Shown: in pieces, positions 1 through 9,398 of the stretch
Layout of the letters: each line of letters begins with the position of its first letter
How positions within the stretch are numbered: position 1 is the stretch's first letter
Origin: Bacteroidota bacterium
GTDB taxonomy: Bacteria > Bacteroidota > Bacteroidia > Chitinophagales > Saprospiraceae
DNA length: 28,656 bases
Assembly (NCBI GenBank): GCA_041159285.1
Contig: JBEAYO010000001.1
Span: 1-28,656, forward strand
Direction of reading: 5' to 3'
The notes under the pieces: model-generated
What the model was told of the DNA's origin: nothing
The model's input: the letters and a program-made list of their open reading frames with translations, nothing else
Databases searched by the model: none
Made by a program: the position numbers and the translations under genes

Positions 1-1
1 G

Positions 2-3000
2 CTTGCTTCTGAAGTGGAAGGCTTGAAGATTTACAGTCGAATTTTAGACAATCTGAAAAAGCTTTGTGACAAACCAGATGACCCAAATATTCTGAGAGAA
101 ATCGACCAGGACAGGGGCCTCTTTCTCGGCAACTTAGCTATCTTCCTGCCTGGCGCCGAAAAACAAGCCTACGCCAGATTTGAATTTTACACAAAGGAAA
201 ACCCCAGACTGGCAAAGCCAGTTCATTTGCCAGTTTTCCAGGGCCTTGACAATCTTTCAATAGATGGGCTAAGCGCCATGAAGGAAATTCAGGAAATCAG
301 GATTTTCCCCTGTGATGAACTTTGCCATGCCACAATCAGGAGCACCCATGTCCAGCACAAGGACGGAAGTTCTGTTGTCGTCACTGTGTCTGATAAAAAA
401 GTCACATTGGAACACGGGGAGGAATACATCATTTCGACAGAAGATTTCATATCTATTTTTCCCTCCTCCTCAGCGGAGATAGACTCCTTGCAGCTCGAAA
501 TTCTATACCACCAGATAGGTCCCGGGGTGCTTGTGGAACTTCACCGTATGGCAAGTGAGATTAAAGAATGGTTCTACGGGCAACTTGATTTACAGGAGAA
601 AGCGAGGGGCGAAGAAGAAAAAAAGGCAAAGGCGGCAGGGGATGCAATAGCTGCTCAATTGAACGAAACTATTTTGGCCTTGAATTCAGCCAGGGAATTT
701 CAGCTCCAGCTGACAATAAAACTGGAAAATGCTGAAAGAGAGAGTGTTGAATTGCGAGAAACGCTTGGAAGGAAGGAGGCAGTCATCAAAACCCTTGATG
801 AGCGAATAGCTTTACTGAGCATGGAATCGCGACAGCTTTCAACCGAAAAAGAGCAACTATTCGCCAAGAATCTGCAATCAGAATCTCAGCTTGAGCATCT
901 GCTGAAGCTAAATGCTGAGTTTCAAACGCGCTTGTCAGAACATGAGAGCCGCATCACTGCACTCTTAGGGGAGGTGGCTCAGTTGCAAAATGTGGAAAAG
1001 GACTTGACTTCGGAAAAGGCAGCGCTGCAGCAGCTCCTCAAAAAAAAGGAGGATTTCATCTGGGAATTATTTAAAACAGCTCAATCCCTTGAAGCTGACT
1101 ACAAACAGGCTTTGGCCGAGATACATGATGTAAAACTCTCCATCAGCTACAGGACAGGCAGGTTGGCAACCCTCCCGCTGCGTTCGCTGTATGGCATTGC
1201 CAGCAAAAAGCCGTTCAATCAAACAAATATCTGGTTGTTCTATCACTTCCTTGCAACGGGAGTAAAGATGCCACTTCGTTTCCTAAAGAACATCAATGGG
1301 AAAAACATCGTCACGCTTCGAAAGGCGCTTGCGCAGGAACATCCTGCGCATATATACAGGAATTTCGTGAAATTACTTGCAGGTGGTCCAGCCTTAGAGC
1401 CGGTTGCTCAAATGACTGATCATAAAGACTTGCCAGCTTTGACACTCTCTCCTCAACAACCTGTAGGCCAGGCGCTGACTCCTGCTGCCAGTCCATCCGC
1501 TAAAAACGGAACAGATATAGCCGTTGACAAAAAGAAAGCCGGCTTGATAGCTGGATTTAGGAGAACCCTGATTTATATGGCTCCTTACCTGCCGGATTAC
1601 GACACCTCCAGCGGTGGCAAACGAGCAACCCGGATTCTGGAGATGCTGGCCTTGGATTACGATGTATACGTGTTCACGTTGGGCGCTAAACCGGACAAAT
1701 ACATCAAAAAGTTAGAAAGCCTTGGGGTTAAAGTATTTAGGGGAGAAAGCTTCGACAGTTTTAAATTGATGGTGCCGCAAGCTGACTTTCTGGTGTTCTC
1801 ATTTTTTTACACCTACTTCGATTGCCATAATTTCCTGAAGCTATATCCCAATGCAAAAGTAGTTGTGGACACTGTGGACATTCACTGGGTTCGCCACGAG
1901 CGTTCGCTCGGGCTGTGGCCTGAACTGACAGCAGATGAAGTCCGAAAAAAGAAGATCCTGGAAATCGATGTTTATAAAAAAGCAGATGTCATCTGGGCAG
2001 TGACGGAACAGGACAAGCAGGCTGTTTTGAAGGAGGTACCCGATGCGAGCGTGTATATCGTGTCCAATGTGCACGGACTGGAGTGCAGTGAATATCGGGA
2101 TTCCGGAAACCACAACATCTTGTTTTTCGGTGGCTTTTCACACTACCCCAACATCATCGCCGCCAAGGAGATTGCATTGAATATTTTCCCTGCCATTCGC
2201 CAGCAAGTCAGTAAGGCGAAATTAATCATTGCAGGGGCAAACGCACCAGAGGATATTAAAAACCTGGGCAAGCTTCCTGGCGTTGAGGTCCTTGGTTTTG
2301 TGGAAGACAGCTACGTGGGTGAACTCTACAAAAATACTTTCATGGTTTTGGCTCCGCTGCAAGCTGGCGCCGGCATAAAAGGTAAAATCTGCGAGGCCAT
2401 TTCCCACATGGTTCCCGTGGCGACCAACGCCATTGGTAACGAAGGAATCGAACTTGTCAATCTCCAAAGTGGTCTGATTGCAGATGACAATGAAAGCCTG
2501 GTGGAGCTCTGCGTCAATGCCCTGCAGCGCAAATACGACTTGCAGGCAATGACCCTCAAGGCACAGCAAAAACTGTCGGGCTTGGTTGGCCCGGAGGCTG
2601 TCAAAAAGAGTATTTCGCAAAGCCTCTCCACCCAAGAAGTCTCCATTTGCATCGTCACCTGGAACAAGCAAAAACTACTGCAGCGTTGCATTGAATCAAT
2701 AGAGAACCACACCCACGGGATTCGCTACAAGATTTTAGTACATTCTAATGGATGCACTGATGGCACCAGGGAGTATCTCGAGGCAGCAGCTAACATCAAC
2801 CCGTTGATAGTCCCGATTTTGTCTGACACCAATGATGTGTTTGTCATACCCAATAACAGGATGATGCAGCTTTTCCCGGAGAATGATGTAGTCCTCTTGA
2901 ACAATGATACCTATGTCACTGAGGGCTGGTTAAAAGCATTGCAAAACGCTGCCTATTCTTCAGATGAGATAGGGATAGCAGGGGCCAAGCTCTTGTATCC

Positions 3001-3445
3001 TGATGGAACCCTGCAGGAATTCGGCTCAGAGCTCTACGGAGACGGAACGGGAAGGAACATCGGCAAATGGGATGACCCCAACAAGGAGGAGTACAGCACG
3101 CCGAAATTCTCAGGCTACGTTTCCGGTTGCGTCTTCTATGTGAAGCGGAGCACCATTGATGAAATCGGCGTATTTGATGAAGATTTCCATCCTTGCTATT
3201 GCGAAGACAGCGATTATTGCTACACGGCCTGGGAGCACGGCATCGCCACTGTGGTGACACCGGATTGCGTGGTCTATCACGATGAAGGAGCCACCTCTGG
3301 CAAAGACACAGGCTCGGGCTTCAAAGCCTATCAAAAAACGAATTTTGAAAAATTCCTTAAAAAACATGGCAATAACCTGGATGCTATTTCAACCAAAATA
3401 AAATTGAAAAATCTCCAGCAGGGTGTTCTCACCAACGCTGAGTGA
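2..3445 (+). CDS. Multidomain glycosyltransferase, 5'-truncated: unknown N-terminal domain + long coiled coil + GT4 (GT-B) + GT2 (GT-A)
   Basis: Frame is open from position 2 (ctt gct tct gaa gtg), so the GTG at 14 is probably not the true start. Heptad-rich E/K/L/Q segment at ~580-1140; SISYRTGRLATLPLR motif at 1139-1183; GT4 signature APLQAGAGIKGKICEAISHMVPVATNAIGNEG; GT2 signatures VSICIVTWNK, VVLLNNDT, YCEDSDYC. Confidence 0.9.
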   Translation, partial: LASEVEGLKIYSRILDNLKKLCDKPDDPNILREIDQDRGLFLGNLAIFLPGAEKQAYARFEFYTKENPRLAKPVHLPVFQGLDNLSIDGLSAMKEIQEIRIFPCDELCHATIRSTHVQHKDGSSVVVTVSDKKVTLEHGEEYIISTEDFISIFPSSSAEIDSLQLEILYHQIGPGVLVELHRMASEIKEWFYGQLDLQEKARGEEEKKAKAAGDAIAAQLNETILALNSAREFQLQLTIKLENAERESVELRETLGRKEAVIKTLDERIALLSMESRQLSTEKEQLFAKNLQSESQLEHLLKLNAEFQTRLSEHESRITALLGEVAQLQNVEKDLTSEKAALQQLLKKKEDFIWELFKTAQSLEADYKQALAEIHDVKLSISYRTGRLATLPLRSLYGIASKKPFNQTNIWLFYHFLATGVKMPLRFLKNINGKNIVTLRKALAQEHPAHIYRNFVKLLAGGPALEPVAQMTDHKDLPALTLSPQQPVGQALTPAASPSAKNGTDIAVDKKKAGLIAGFRRTLIYMAPYLPDYDTSSGGKRATRILEMLALDYDVYVFTLGAKPDKYIKKLESLGVKVFRGESFDSFKLMVPQADFLVFSFFYTYFDCHNFLKLYPNAKVVVDTVDIHWVRHERSLGLWPELTADEVRKKKILEIDVYKKADVIWAVTEQDKQAVLKEVPDASVYIVSNVHGLECSEYRDSGNHNILFFGGFSHYPNIIAAKEIALNIFPAIRQQVSKAKLIIAGANAPEDIKNLGKLPGVEVLGFVEDSYVGELYKNTFMVLAPLQAGAGIKGKICEAISHMVPVATNAIGNEGIELVNLQSGLIADDNESLVELCVNALQRKYDLQAMTLKAQQKLSGLVGPEAVKKSISQSLSTQEVSICIVTWNKQKLLQRCIESIENHTHGIRYKILVHSNGCTDGTREYLEAAANINPLIVPILSDTNDVFVIPNNRMMQLFPENDVVLLNNDTYVTEGWLKALQNAAYSSDEIGIAGAKLLYPDGTLQEFGSELYGDGTGRNIGKWDDPNKEEYSTPKFSGYVSGCVFYVKRSTIDEIGVFDEDFHPCYCEDSDYCYTAWEHGIATVVTPDCVVYHDEGATSGKDTGSGFKAYQKTNFEKFLKKHGNNLDAISTKIKLKNLQQGVLTNAE

Positions 3446-3516
3446 TAATTTAACAGAGGCAACTCTTGCATATTGGCATTAAATTCTGAATTGAAACAAA
3501 GCAATAAACTGAAAAA

Positions 3517-5199
3517 ATGAATCCATTCAACTTACTCAAGGCACCGTCTGCCAACCAAGCCGTATATGGCGCAATCATTTTGCTTTCAATTGTATTCTCC
3601 ATCATTCTGATTGCAAACCCTGGCTACTATAATCACAATGAGCTTGCGAAGATTGATTTTATCCTTAAAAACGGGTTGGGAGATTACCTGTCGACTTATA
3701 CCGCCCTCAGTCCTGTTCCGGGCAATCCCTTAACGCCAGTTCCAATGGCCCTTGAAGGAATAATCGCTGCCGCTTTTCATGATTTTCCCTTCGTCGTGCA
3801 TTTAATTGATGTGTTGATCCACGCGCTGGCGGCATGTTTTCTTTTCTCTTCGGTGTTGAGGTTCACTGCCAACAGGGAGTTAGCCTGGGTCAGTGCTCTC
3901 ATTTTCATCTTCAATCCGCTGGTGAGCTTTTCAGCAGGATGGGCTTCCATGCTCTCAGATTCACTTTACATGCTATTCGGTTTATTGGCATACCAGGCCA
4001 CCGACAGTTACCTTAAGTCAATTAATGGAACAAGTGGTTTAACGGCAATTTTTGGATGGGCTGTGCTTTCAGCGCTTTCCAGCGAGCTGGCCATAGTTTT
4101 GCCATTGGTGTTTTTGGTGTTGACACTTTTCTTTAAACAGGAACAAAAGGGAAAGCAATTTTGGATTTCCTTTGGTGTCTGGCTGGCCCCCGCCATCCTG
4201 CTGACGGCAGGTAGGCTAGCAACAGGCATCTTCAGCCAGGGAGGGGGAAACGGCAATCCCATTGAATCCCTGCTGGTTTACTTGGTCTATCCTTTCTTCG
4301 CAACACTTTCCGAGGCCCATGCCTGGTCGCTGGAGCCTTCGGCAATAATGGTCCTGGCCGGAGTACTTCACCTTGGATTGATTGCGCTGCTATTCATAGT
4401 CAGTTCACCCAGGACTGCCGCCGCCTATTTGTCAATTTACTTTCTATTCATATTGCCAGTGCTGTTCAAAGCCACGCCAGACTCGCATTATCTATATGGG
4501 CCGGGGGCAGTCTTCAGTTTGGGACTCGCCGCTCTACTCACTTCTGAGCGAACAAGGGGGAACATTGGACTTTCAGCGGCGTCCTTTATCTTGCTGGCAG
4601 CAGCATTGGTTCACAGTGTGGTAAATCAGCACTATTTCTATCAGACGGGTGCTTGCATGAAGCAGATATCCAGTACGCTCGAAAGCTCCTATCTGACAGA
4701 CAGTGGCCCTAAAAAAATGGCCATACTGGTGGAGCCGGAGGCTCCGGGCTACATCCTGAGCCGATATATAAAAGACAGGGACAGGGTGGGTTCACATCAT
4801 CCCGTTAGCTTTGAAATCGTCAATTGGGAACAGCGCAGTGAAATAAACAGCAATTATCTCTTCAACTGCGACTGCATCGTTTACAAGCCTTCTATCGCTG
4901 ATTTGGAGGTATTGGATTGGGGTCCCAGGGTAACCACTCCCGGTACTGTCCCGAATCAGCAGCCCGATGGAAGCGCCGGCATTTGGATCAAAGTAGCCGG
5001 AACACTCGGCTATGGAGACCTGCAGGTGCTCATAGATGGAAAGCCTGCAAATGCCACCGTGGTGCAACCCGAATTAATCACCGCCGCGATTTCTGCAGAA
5101 AACTTCAGCACACCTGGTCCCAAGGAGATTACTGTGAAGCAGGTTTACACAGGCAGGATTTACAAGATTGGTACCTTTACAGTAGAGACAGCACAATAA
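3517..5199 (+). CDS. Polytopic membrane protein, probable GT-C-fold glycosyltransferase, with C-terminal periplasmic Ig-like (IPT/TIG-like) domain
   Basis: About 11-12 hydrophobic segments, first loop GYYNHNEL, HLIDVLIHALAACFLF and ALIFIFNPL segments typical of GT-C/PMT-like proteins; beta-rich soluble tail (WGPRVTTPG...QPDGSAGIWIKV...LIDGKPA). Located inside a glycan cluster. Confidence 0.6.
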   Translation: MNPFNLLKAPSANQAVYGAIILLSIVFSIILIANPGYYNHNELAKIDFILKNGLGDYLSTYTALSPVPGNPLTPVPMALEGIIAAAFHDFPFVVHLIDVLIHALAACFLFSSVLRFTANRELAWVSALIFIFNPLVSFSAGWASMLSDSLYMLFGLLAYQATDSYLKSINGTSGLTAIFGWAVLSALSSELAIVLPLVFLVLTLFFKQEQKGKQFWISFGVWLAPAILLTAGRLATGIFSQGGGNGNPIESLLVYLVYPFFATLSEAHAWSLEPSAIMVLAGVLHLGLIALLFIVSSPRTAAAYLSIYFLFILPVLFKATPDSHYLYGPGAVFSLGLAALLTSERTRGNIGLSAASFILLAAALVHSVVNQHYFYQTGACMKQISSTLESSYLTDSGPKKMAILVEPEAPGYILSRYIKDRDRVGSHHPVSFEIVNWEQRSEINSNYLFNCDCIVYKPSIADLEVLDWGPRVTTPGTVPNQQPDGSAGIWIKVAGTLGYGDLQVLIDGKPANATVVQPELITAAISAENFSTPGPKEITVKQVYTGRIYKIGTFTVETAQ

Positions 5200-5201
5200 T
5201 T

Positions 5202-6074
5202 ATGGCAGATTACAGGACTTTTATCTTTGTTCATATTCCGAAGTGCGCGGGCACCAGTTTCAGGGAGTTGATTCACAGAAATGGAATCGCGAGCGGCATT
5301 CCGGAGGAAAAGATGCATATTCCCGGTTTCGGTGGATTGGATAACGATAAGAACATCTCCCAGTTATCCAAATCCGAGATAATTGATCTTCGAAAAAAGA
5401 ACTTGATAGTCCTTGCAGATCATTCGAAATATGACATCAACCGGGAAGCAAAACTGGGGATGGGAAACCCATTTTACTTCATTCTTTTCAGGGATCCTGT
5501 TGCTCGTTTTATTTCTCATTATAATTTTTTTCAGCGGCAGCTTGGGCGGGACAACATGCTGGGAAGAAGTCTTAATGATTTAAGTGAGCCTGAGCTTGAA
5601 GACCTTTTGTACAGGTGGTCGAACACCCAGTTATCTTTCCTTCTCAACGCTCCTGCATTTGCAGTGAAGCATCTTCCACCTCACAAGAAGTACTTTAAAA
5701 GGCCCGTGAAAATGCTGCTGAGGTATATATCGGGGGGACGGTTGTTCGCAATAAAACAAAGAAAATCGGTGGCATTCGACGCGGAACCCTTCTGGCTGGA
5801 TTGTGCGGAAGATTTGCTGATCAATGCATACGGTGGATTTGGAATTGTTGAAAGGATGGAGGCTTCCTTACAGTTTTTGGCAAAATCGGATACAGGCTTG
5901 ATGAAATTTAATGATCTCAACATGAAATTTGCAAACATGTCTAAGTTAGAGGCGAGCAATGAAGAGATAGACCAGCGGATTATAGATAAATTCATTGATT
6001 TTAATCAATTTGACATTCAACTTTACGAAAGGGTTGTCAAATTATTTGATGCAAAAAGTCTAATTCAATCATGA
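5202..6074 (+). CDS. Sulfotransferase family 2 domain protein
   Basis: ATG at 5202 just after the upstream stop (5197-5199); 5'-PAPS loop FVHIPKCAGTSF and 3'-PB motif FRDPVARFISHYNF. ORF-track start at 4917 overlaps the previous gene and is rejected. Confidence 0.85.
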   Translation: MADYRTFIFVHIPKCAGTSFRELIHRNGIASGIPEEKMHIPGFGGLDNDKNISQLSKSEIIDLRKKNLIVLADHSKYDINREAKLGMGNPFYFILFRDPVARFISHYNFFQRQLGRDNMLGRSLNDLSEPELEDLLYRWSNTQLSFLLNAPAFAVKHLPPHKKYFKRPVKMLLRYISGGRLFAIKQRKSVAFDAEPFWLDCAEDLLINAYGGFGIVERMEASLQFLAKSDTGLMKFNDLNMKFANMSKLEASNEEIDQRIIDKFIDFNQFDIQLYERVVKLFDAKSLIQS

Positions 6075-6970
6075 CACTAGATCAATTAGCAGGGCTGTAC
6101 CCGGAAATCGGCGCATTGATGCAGCAGCTTTCAGCTCAAAACACCAATGACTGCTTTCCATCCGGACATTTCTATTCCTCGACATTTTCCATTCAGGAGT
6201 TGAAGGAACGGGAGGATAAGATTTGGAAAAGCGAAAATACACCCACTGTCCCCGGGGTAGATTTGAACCATGAAGGACAACTGGCCTTACTGCTTGAATT
6301 CGAGAATTACTATGCCGATATGCCTTTTGGAAAGGAGCTCCCTGGACTTCGCTACTATTTTGATAATGATTTTTATTCTTACACGGACGGCATCATCCTC
6401 TACTCCATGTTGCGCCACTTTAAACCCCGTAAAATAATTGAGGTTGGTTCCGGGTTTTCATCTGCCTTGATGCTCGACACCAAGGATTATTTCAAGATGG
6501 ATACAGAACTTACCTTCATTGAGCCGTATCCGGAAAGACTCATCAGCCTGCTTCGTGATACTGACGAGTCAAAATGCCATGTGCTGGTTGAAAATGTGCA
6601 AGACATCGACCCCGCAGTTTTCAAAGCCTTAAACCGGAACGACATCTTGTTCATCGACTCCTCCCACGTCTTAAAGACAGGTAGCGACCTGCACTTCCTC
6701 ATGTTTGACATATTGCCTGCTATTCAGCCTGGTGTTCTCATTCACTTCCACGACATCTTTTATCCATTCGAATACCCCAAGGAGTCTGTTTTTGCCGGGA
6801 GAAACTGGAATGAAAACTACTTTTTGAGAGCATTTCTCATGCATAACACAAGTTACATCATCAGGTTTTTTTCCCATTTCATGTTCACGTTTCATTCATC
6901 TGCTTTTGAAAAAATGCCGCTGTGCTATAAGAATGGCGGTGGAAATCTCTGGATTGAAAAACTGGCGTGA
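6071..6970 (+). CDS. Class I SAM-dependent methyltransferase (Methyltransf_24-like)
   Basis: Motif I IIEVGSGFSS, LFIDSSHV, GVLIHFHDIFYPFEYP; ATGA overlap with the upstream sulfotransferase stop suggests translational coupling. Confidence 0.85.
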   Translation: MTLDQLAGLYPEIGALMQQLSAQNTNDCFPSGHFYSSTFSIQELKEREDKIWKSENTPTVPGVDLNHEGQLALLLEFENYYADMPFGKELPGLRYYFDNDFYSYTDGIILYSMLRHFKPRKIIEVGSGFSSALMLDTKDYFKMDTELTFIEPYPERLISLLRDTDESKCHVLVENVQDIDPAVFKALNRNDILFIDSSHVLKTGSDLHFLMFDILPAIQPGVLIHFHDIFYPFEYPKESVFAGRNWNENYFLRAFLMHNTSYIIRFFSHFMFTFHSSAFEKMPLCYKNGGGNLWIEKLA

Positions 6971-7097
6971 TGAAAGGCTGACTAATTACAGAGGACATGA
7001 CCCGGCAATATGACTGAACAAGGTACAAAGCTGGAAGAAAAATACCCTTGCACCTTGACGCCCCCCACTGCAGCAAGTCTAATCTCTATTCATCAAC

Positions 7098-7916
7098 ATG
7101 AAACTGGATAACAGCAAGAAAATCTACTACGTAGCTTCCTACCCTAAATCAGGTGCCACCTGGTTCAGATTCCTCATGTACGGTTGCAAGTATGGGAAGT
7201 TGGAAAGCTCGGCCGAGGTGAATTACTTTTACCGCACTACTCCCAATCACGACCATAAGATTTTGGACATCCTCAAAAAGGAGGACAGCCTCTTTCTTAA
7301 AAGCCACTTACCGTTTCATGAGCACCTTACATTCTTAGACGACATCAAAGTTTGCATCTACATCGCGAGAAATCCATTCAATGCCATACTCTCAAGGGTT
7401 GACCACTATATTTTGGAAGGCTTGGATTATGTTGATACTCCCGAGGGCAAAACTGAACTGATCCGAAGCTTAATTGACATTGCTGACAGCGGGATGGATC
7501 CCGACACCGCTGCCAATAATAACGGCGGATGGAATTACCACGTTACTTCGTGGCTGGAAACCAACCGCTCCATCCCCGTTTACCTCATTCGGTACGAGGA
7601 CCTGCTGGAGCATACATTTGAAGTGATTGTTGATATGAACCAGCAGTTGGAACTAGGTTTCACGGAAGAAAACATTCTAAGGGGCTGTGAATTGGCATCG
7701 TTCGAGAACATGAGGAAGTTGGAAATTCATGAGATTGAGAATGAAATCATCGGTTCCTTTTTTTCGCCTACCCGGAAGCGGGTTTATTCCGACAAACAGG
7801 TTCAGTTCGTCAACAAAGGGAAAAAGCGAAATTATGAGGAGGAACTTGGTCCCGAATGGATAGAGAAAGGAATGAAAGCCTTTGAAAAAGGAATGAGGCT
7901 GGCGGGGTACTTGTAG
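7098..7916 (+). CDS. Sulfotransferase domain protein (family 1 type)
   Basis: 5'-PSB loop VASYPKSGATW, 3'-PB IYIARNPFNAILS, RYEDL, SFENMRKLE; the C-terminal RKGxxGxW motif is degenerate (NKGKKRNY). Confidence 0.85.
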   Translation: MKLDNSKKIYYVASYPKSGATWFRFLMYGCKYGKLESSAEVNYFYRTTPNHDHKILDILKKEDSLFLKSHLPFHEHLTFLDDIKVCIYIARNPFNAILSRVDHYILEGLDYVDTPEGKTELIRSLIDIADSGMDPDTAANNNGGWNYHVTSWLETNRSIPVYLIRYEDLLEHTFEVIVDMNQQLELGFTEENILRGCELASFENMRKLEIHEIENEIIGSFFSPTRKRVYSDKQVQFVNKGKKRNYEEELGPEWIEKGMKAFEKGMRLAGYL

Positions 7917-8168
7917 TAGCCTTTGTCAAATGTAGTGTGGGAGCAGGTCTTTTAGCAGTAGTTAAAAAAAGTAGGGCCTTAATCATATTTACTTCCCGCG
8001 CCCTTTTCGACATTGATACCGCGCTATTGGCAGTGGTTGATGTGCGTAGGGCGGAAAACAGAGAAGTCAAAACCACAGCTTTCTTAATTGGCAAATATTA
8101 AAAAAGCTCCAGGCATGACTTACAAAACGGCTCCGCAATCCTGAGGCATCTTTTCTGAAAGGATTGAA

Positions 8169-8210
8169 ATTAAAAAAGCGCTTACAGCATGCTGCAAGCG
8201 CTTTTTTAAT
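8169..8210 (-). terminator. Rho-independent, probably bidirectional, terminator (near-perfect 42-bp palindrome)
   Basis: attaaaaaagcgctt-a-cagcatgctg-c-aagcgcttttttaat: 15-bp perfect arms with A/T tracts on both sides; the single mismatch becomes a G-U pair on the minus strand, 16 nt downstream of the 8226 stop; it lies between convergent genes. Confidence 0.85.
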
Positions 8211-8225
8211 TTTCCTGATCGAGGA

Positions 8226-9398
8226 TTAATTCCCGGCGATCAACATCTTTTTAGTATCAATCACTCGGCCATCAATAACCAGGGTATAAGCGTACTCACC
8301 GGCTGGGAGTTCCTTAGCCTTGATATTCAGGATGCCAGCTCCGGCCTCTTTGGGCAGGTTTACAACACGCATAACAGCACCCTGGACGTTGGTGATCTGT
8401 ATAACAGCGATGTTGAAATTAGTCTTGGGCAGCGTGTACTCGATTACAGTGTTTTCGCTGAAAGGATTTGGAGCGTTCTGCTTCAGGCTGGCAACATCAT
8501 TGCCTTCCAGCGTCACATTCGTAATTGCATTAGCAGTGTTGATGGTTGTGCCGTTGACGACCAGCATTTTCTCCAGTTTTTCAAGCCTTGCCTGAAGATC
8601 TTCGATAGTAGCTTGCTGCTCCTGAATAGCATTCACAAGCATATAGGTCACTGCAGTTCCATCATAGGTCAGCAAAGTTTCAGGCAAATCCAGGCGTTCT
8701 TCTTCCGGGTTCTGGCTGATTTCCACTTCTTTGATGGTGTAAGGTGCAATTTTCTGCATATCCTGTGCAATGATGCCTACGTATTCTGTATTTGAAGGAT
8801 AACCTGTTTTTTCCTTGTAAGAGAAATACACAGGCTCGATTTCCATTACCTTGTCAAGACCGTCAGTGAATGGGCGGACGCCTTTCTTGATCCTGGCATC
8901 AGAAGGTGTAGCCCAGTCTCCTCCACCAGGCTTAGAAGCATTGCCCGTGATGAGGCTAAGCTCATGGGTCATAGTACCAGAAGCGCCGGCTGTATTCATC
9001 CTGATTTTTCCAGTATTGTCAATTAGGAATCGCTGAGTTCCACCGCCGGTAGTGGTATTGGTTGCAGCAGTGTTAATGGATACTGCTGTAGCTGCATATT
9101 GGGCACCGCTGCCGCCACCGAAAACCACGCTGTTGGCGGTGCTGGTGGATTGTCCAGTTACGTAGTTGAAGAAAATGGTTCCGTTGCTGTAGTGGCGCAT
9201 CAACAGGTTTGATTGCTTAGTGGTGTTGACAGTCTGGTTATTGCTGATCAAAACGCCACCTATAATCTCCAGTGCGCGTGCTGGTGTGGATGTAGCGATA
9301 CCAACTTTGCCGTCAGCAAGTACCTTAAGCTGAGCAAAGGAGGGATTAGCAAAGAAAAAGGCCAAACAAGCCAACAGCGATGTACTTAAGAATTTCAT
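8226..9398 (-). CDS. Tail-fibre-domain protein (Peptidase S74 intramolecular chaperone) with T9SS type-A sorting domain
   Basis: Signal peptide ending SFA|Q; KVGIATSTP beta-repeat; WATPSDARIKKGVRPFTDGLDKVMEIEPVYFSYK S74 signature; coiled coil AIQEQQATIEDLQARLEKLE; CTD LKQNAPNPFSENTVIEYTLP...GEYAYTLVIDGRVIDTKKMLI. Confidence 0.88.
   Translation of the reverse strand: MKFLSTSLLACLAFFFANPSFAQLKVLADGKVGIATSTPARALEIIGGVLISNNQTVNTTKQSNLLMRHYSNGTIFFNYVTGQSTSTANSVVFGGGSGAQYAATAVSINTAATNTTTGGGTQRFLIDNTGKIRMNTAGASGTMTHELSLITGNASKPGGGDWATPSDARIKKGVRPFTDGLDKVMEIEPVYFSYKEKTGYPSNTEYVGIIAQDMQKIAPYTIKEVEISQNPEEERLDLPETLLTYDGTAVTYMLVNAIQEQQATIEDLQARLEKLEKMLVVNGTTINTANAITNVTLEGNDVASLKQNAPNPFSENTVIEYTLPKTNFNIAVIQITNVQGAVMRVVNLPKEAGAGILNIKAKELPAGEYAYTLVIDGRVIDTKKMLIAGN

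Noticed and set aside
4917-5201. N-terminal extension of the sulfotransferase in the ORF track
   Set aside because: Overlaps the upstream gene by ~280 nt and reads as shadow-frame sequence; ATG 5202 sits right after the upstream stop and just before the PAPS motif.
7810-8094. 94-aa minus-strand ORF, and a CGFDF (HNH-like) peptide in another minus frame of the 7917-8160 gap
   Set aside because: The ORF overlaps the sulfotransferase 3' end with no recognisable motif; the CGFDF frame is broken by stops and lacks the rest of an HNH motif.
8226-9398. Prophage remnant interpretation of the tail-fibre-domain gene
   Set aside because: It has a Sec signal, a T9SS CTD and its own terminator, with no other phage genes; a domesticated host protein fits better.
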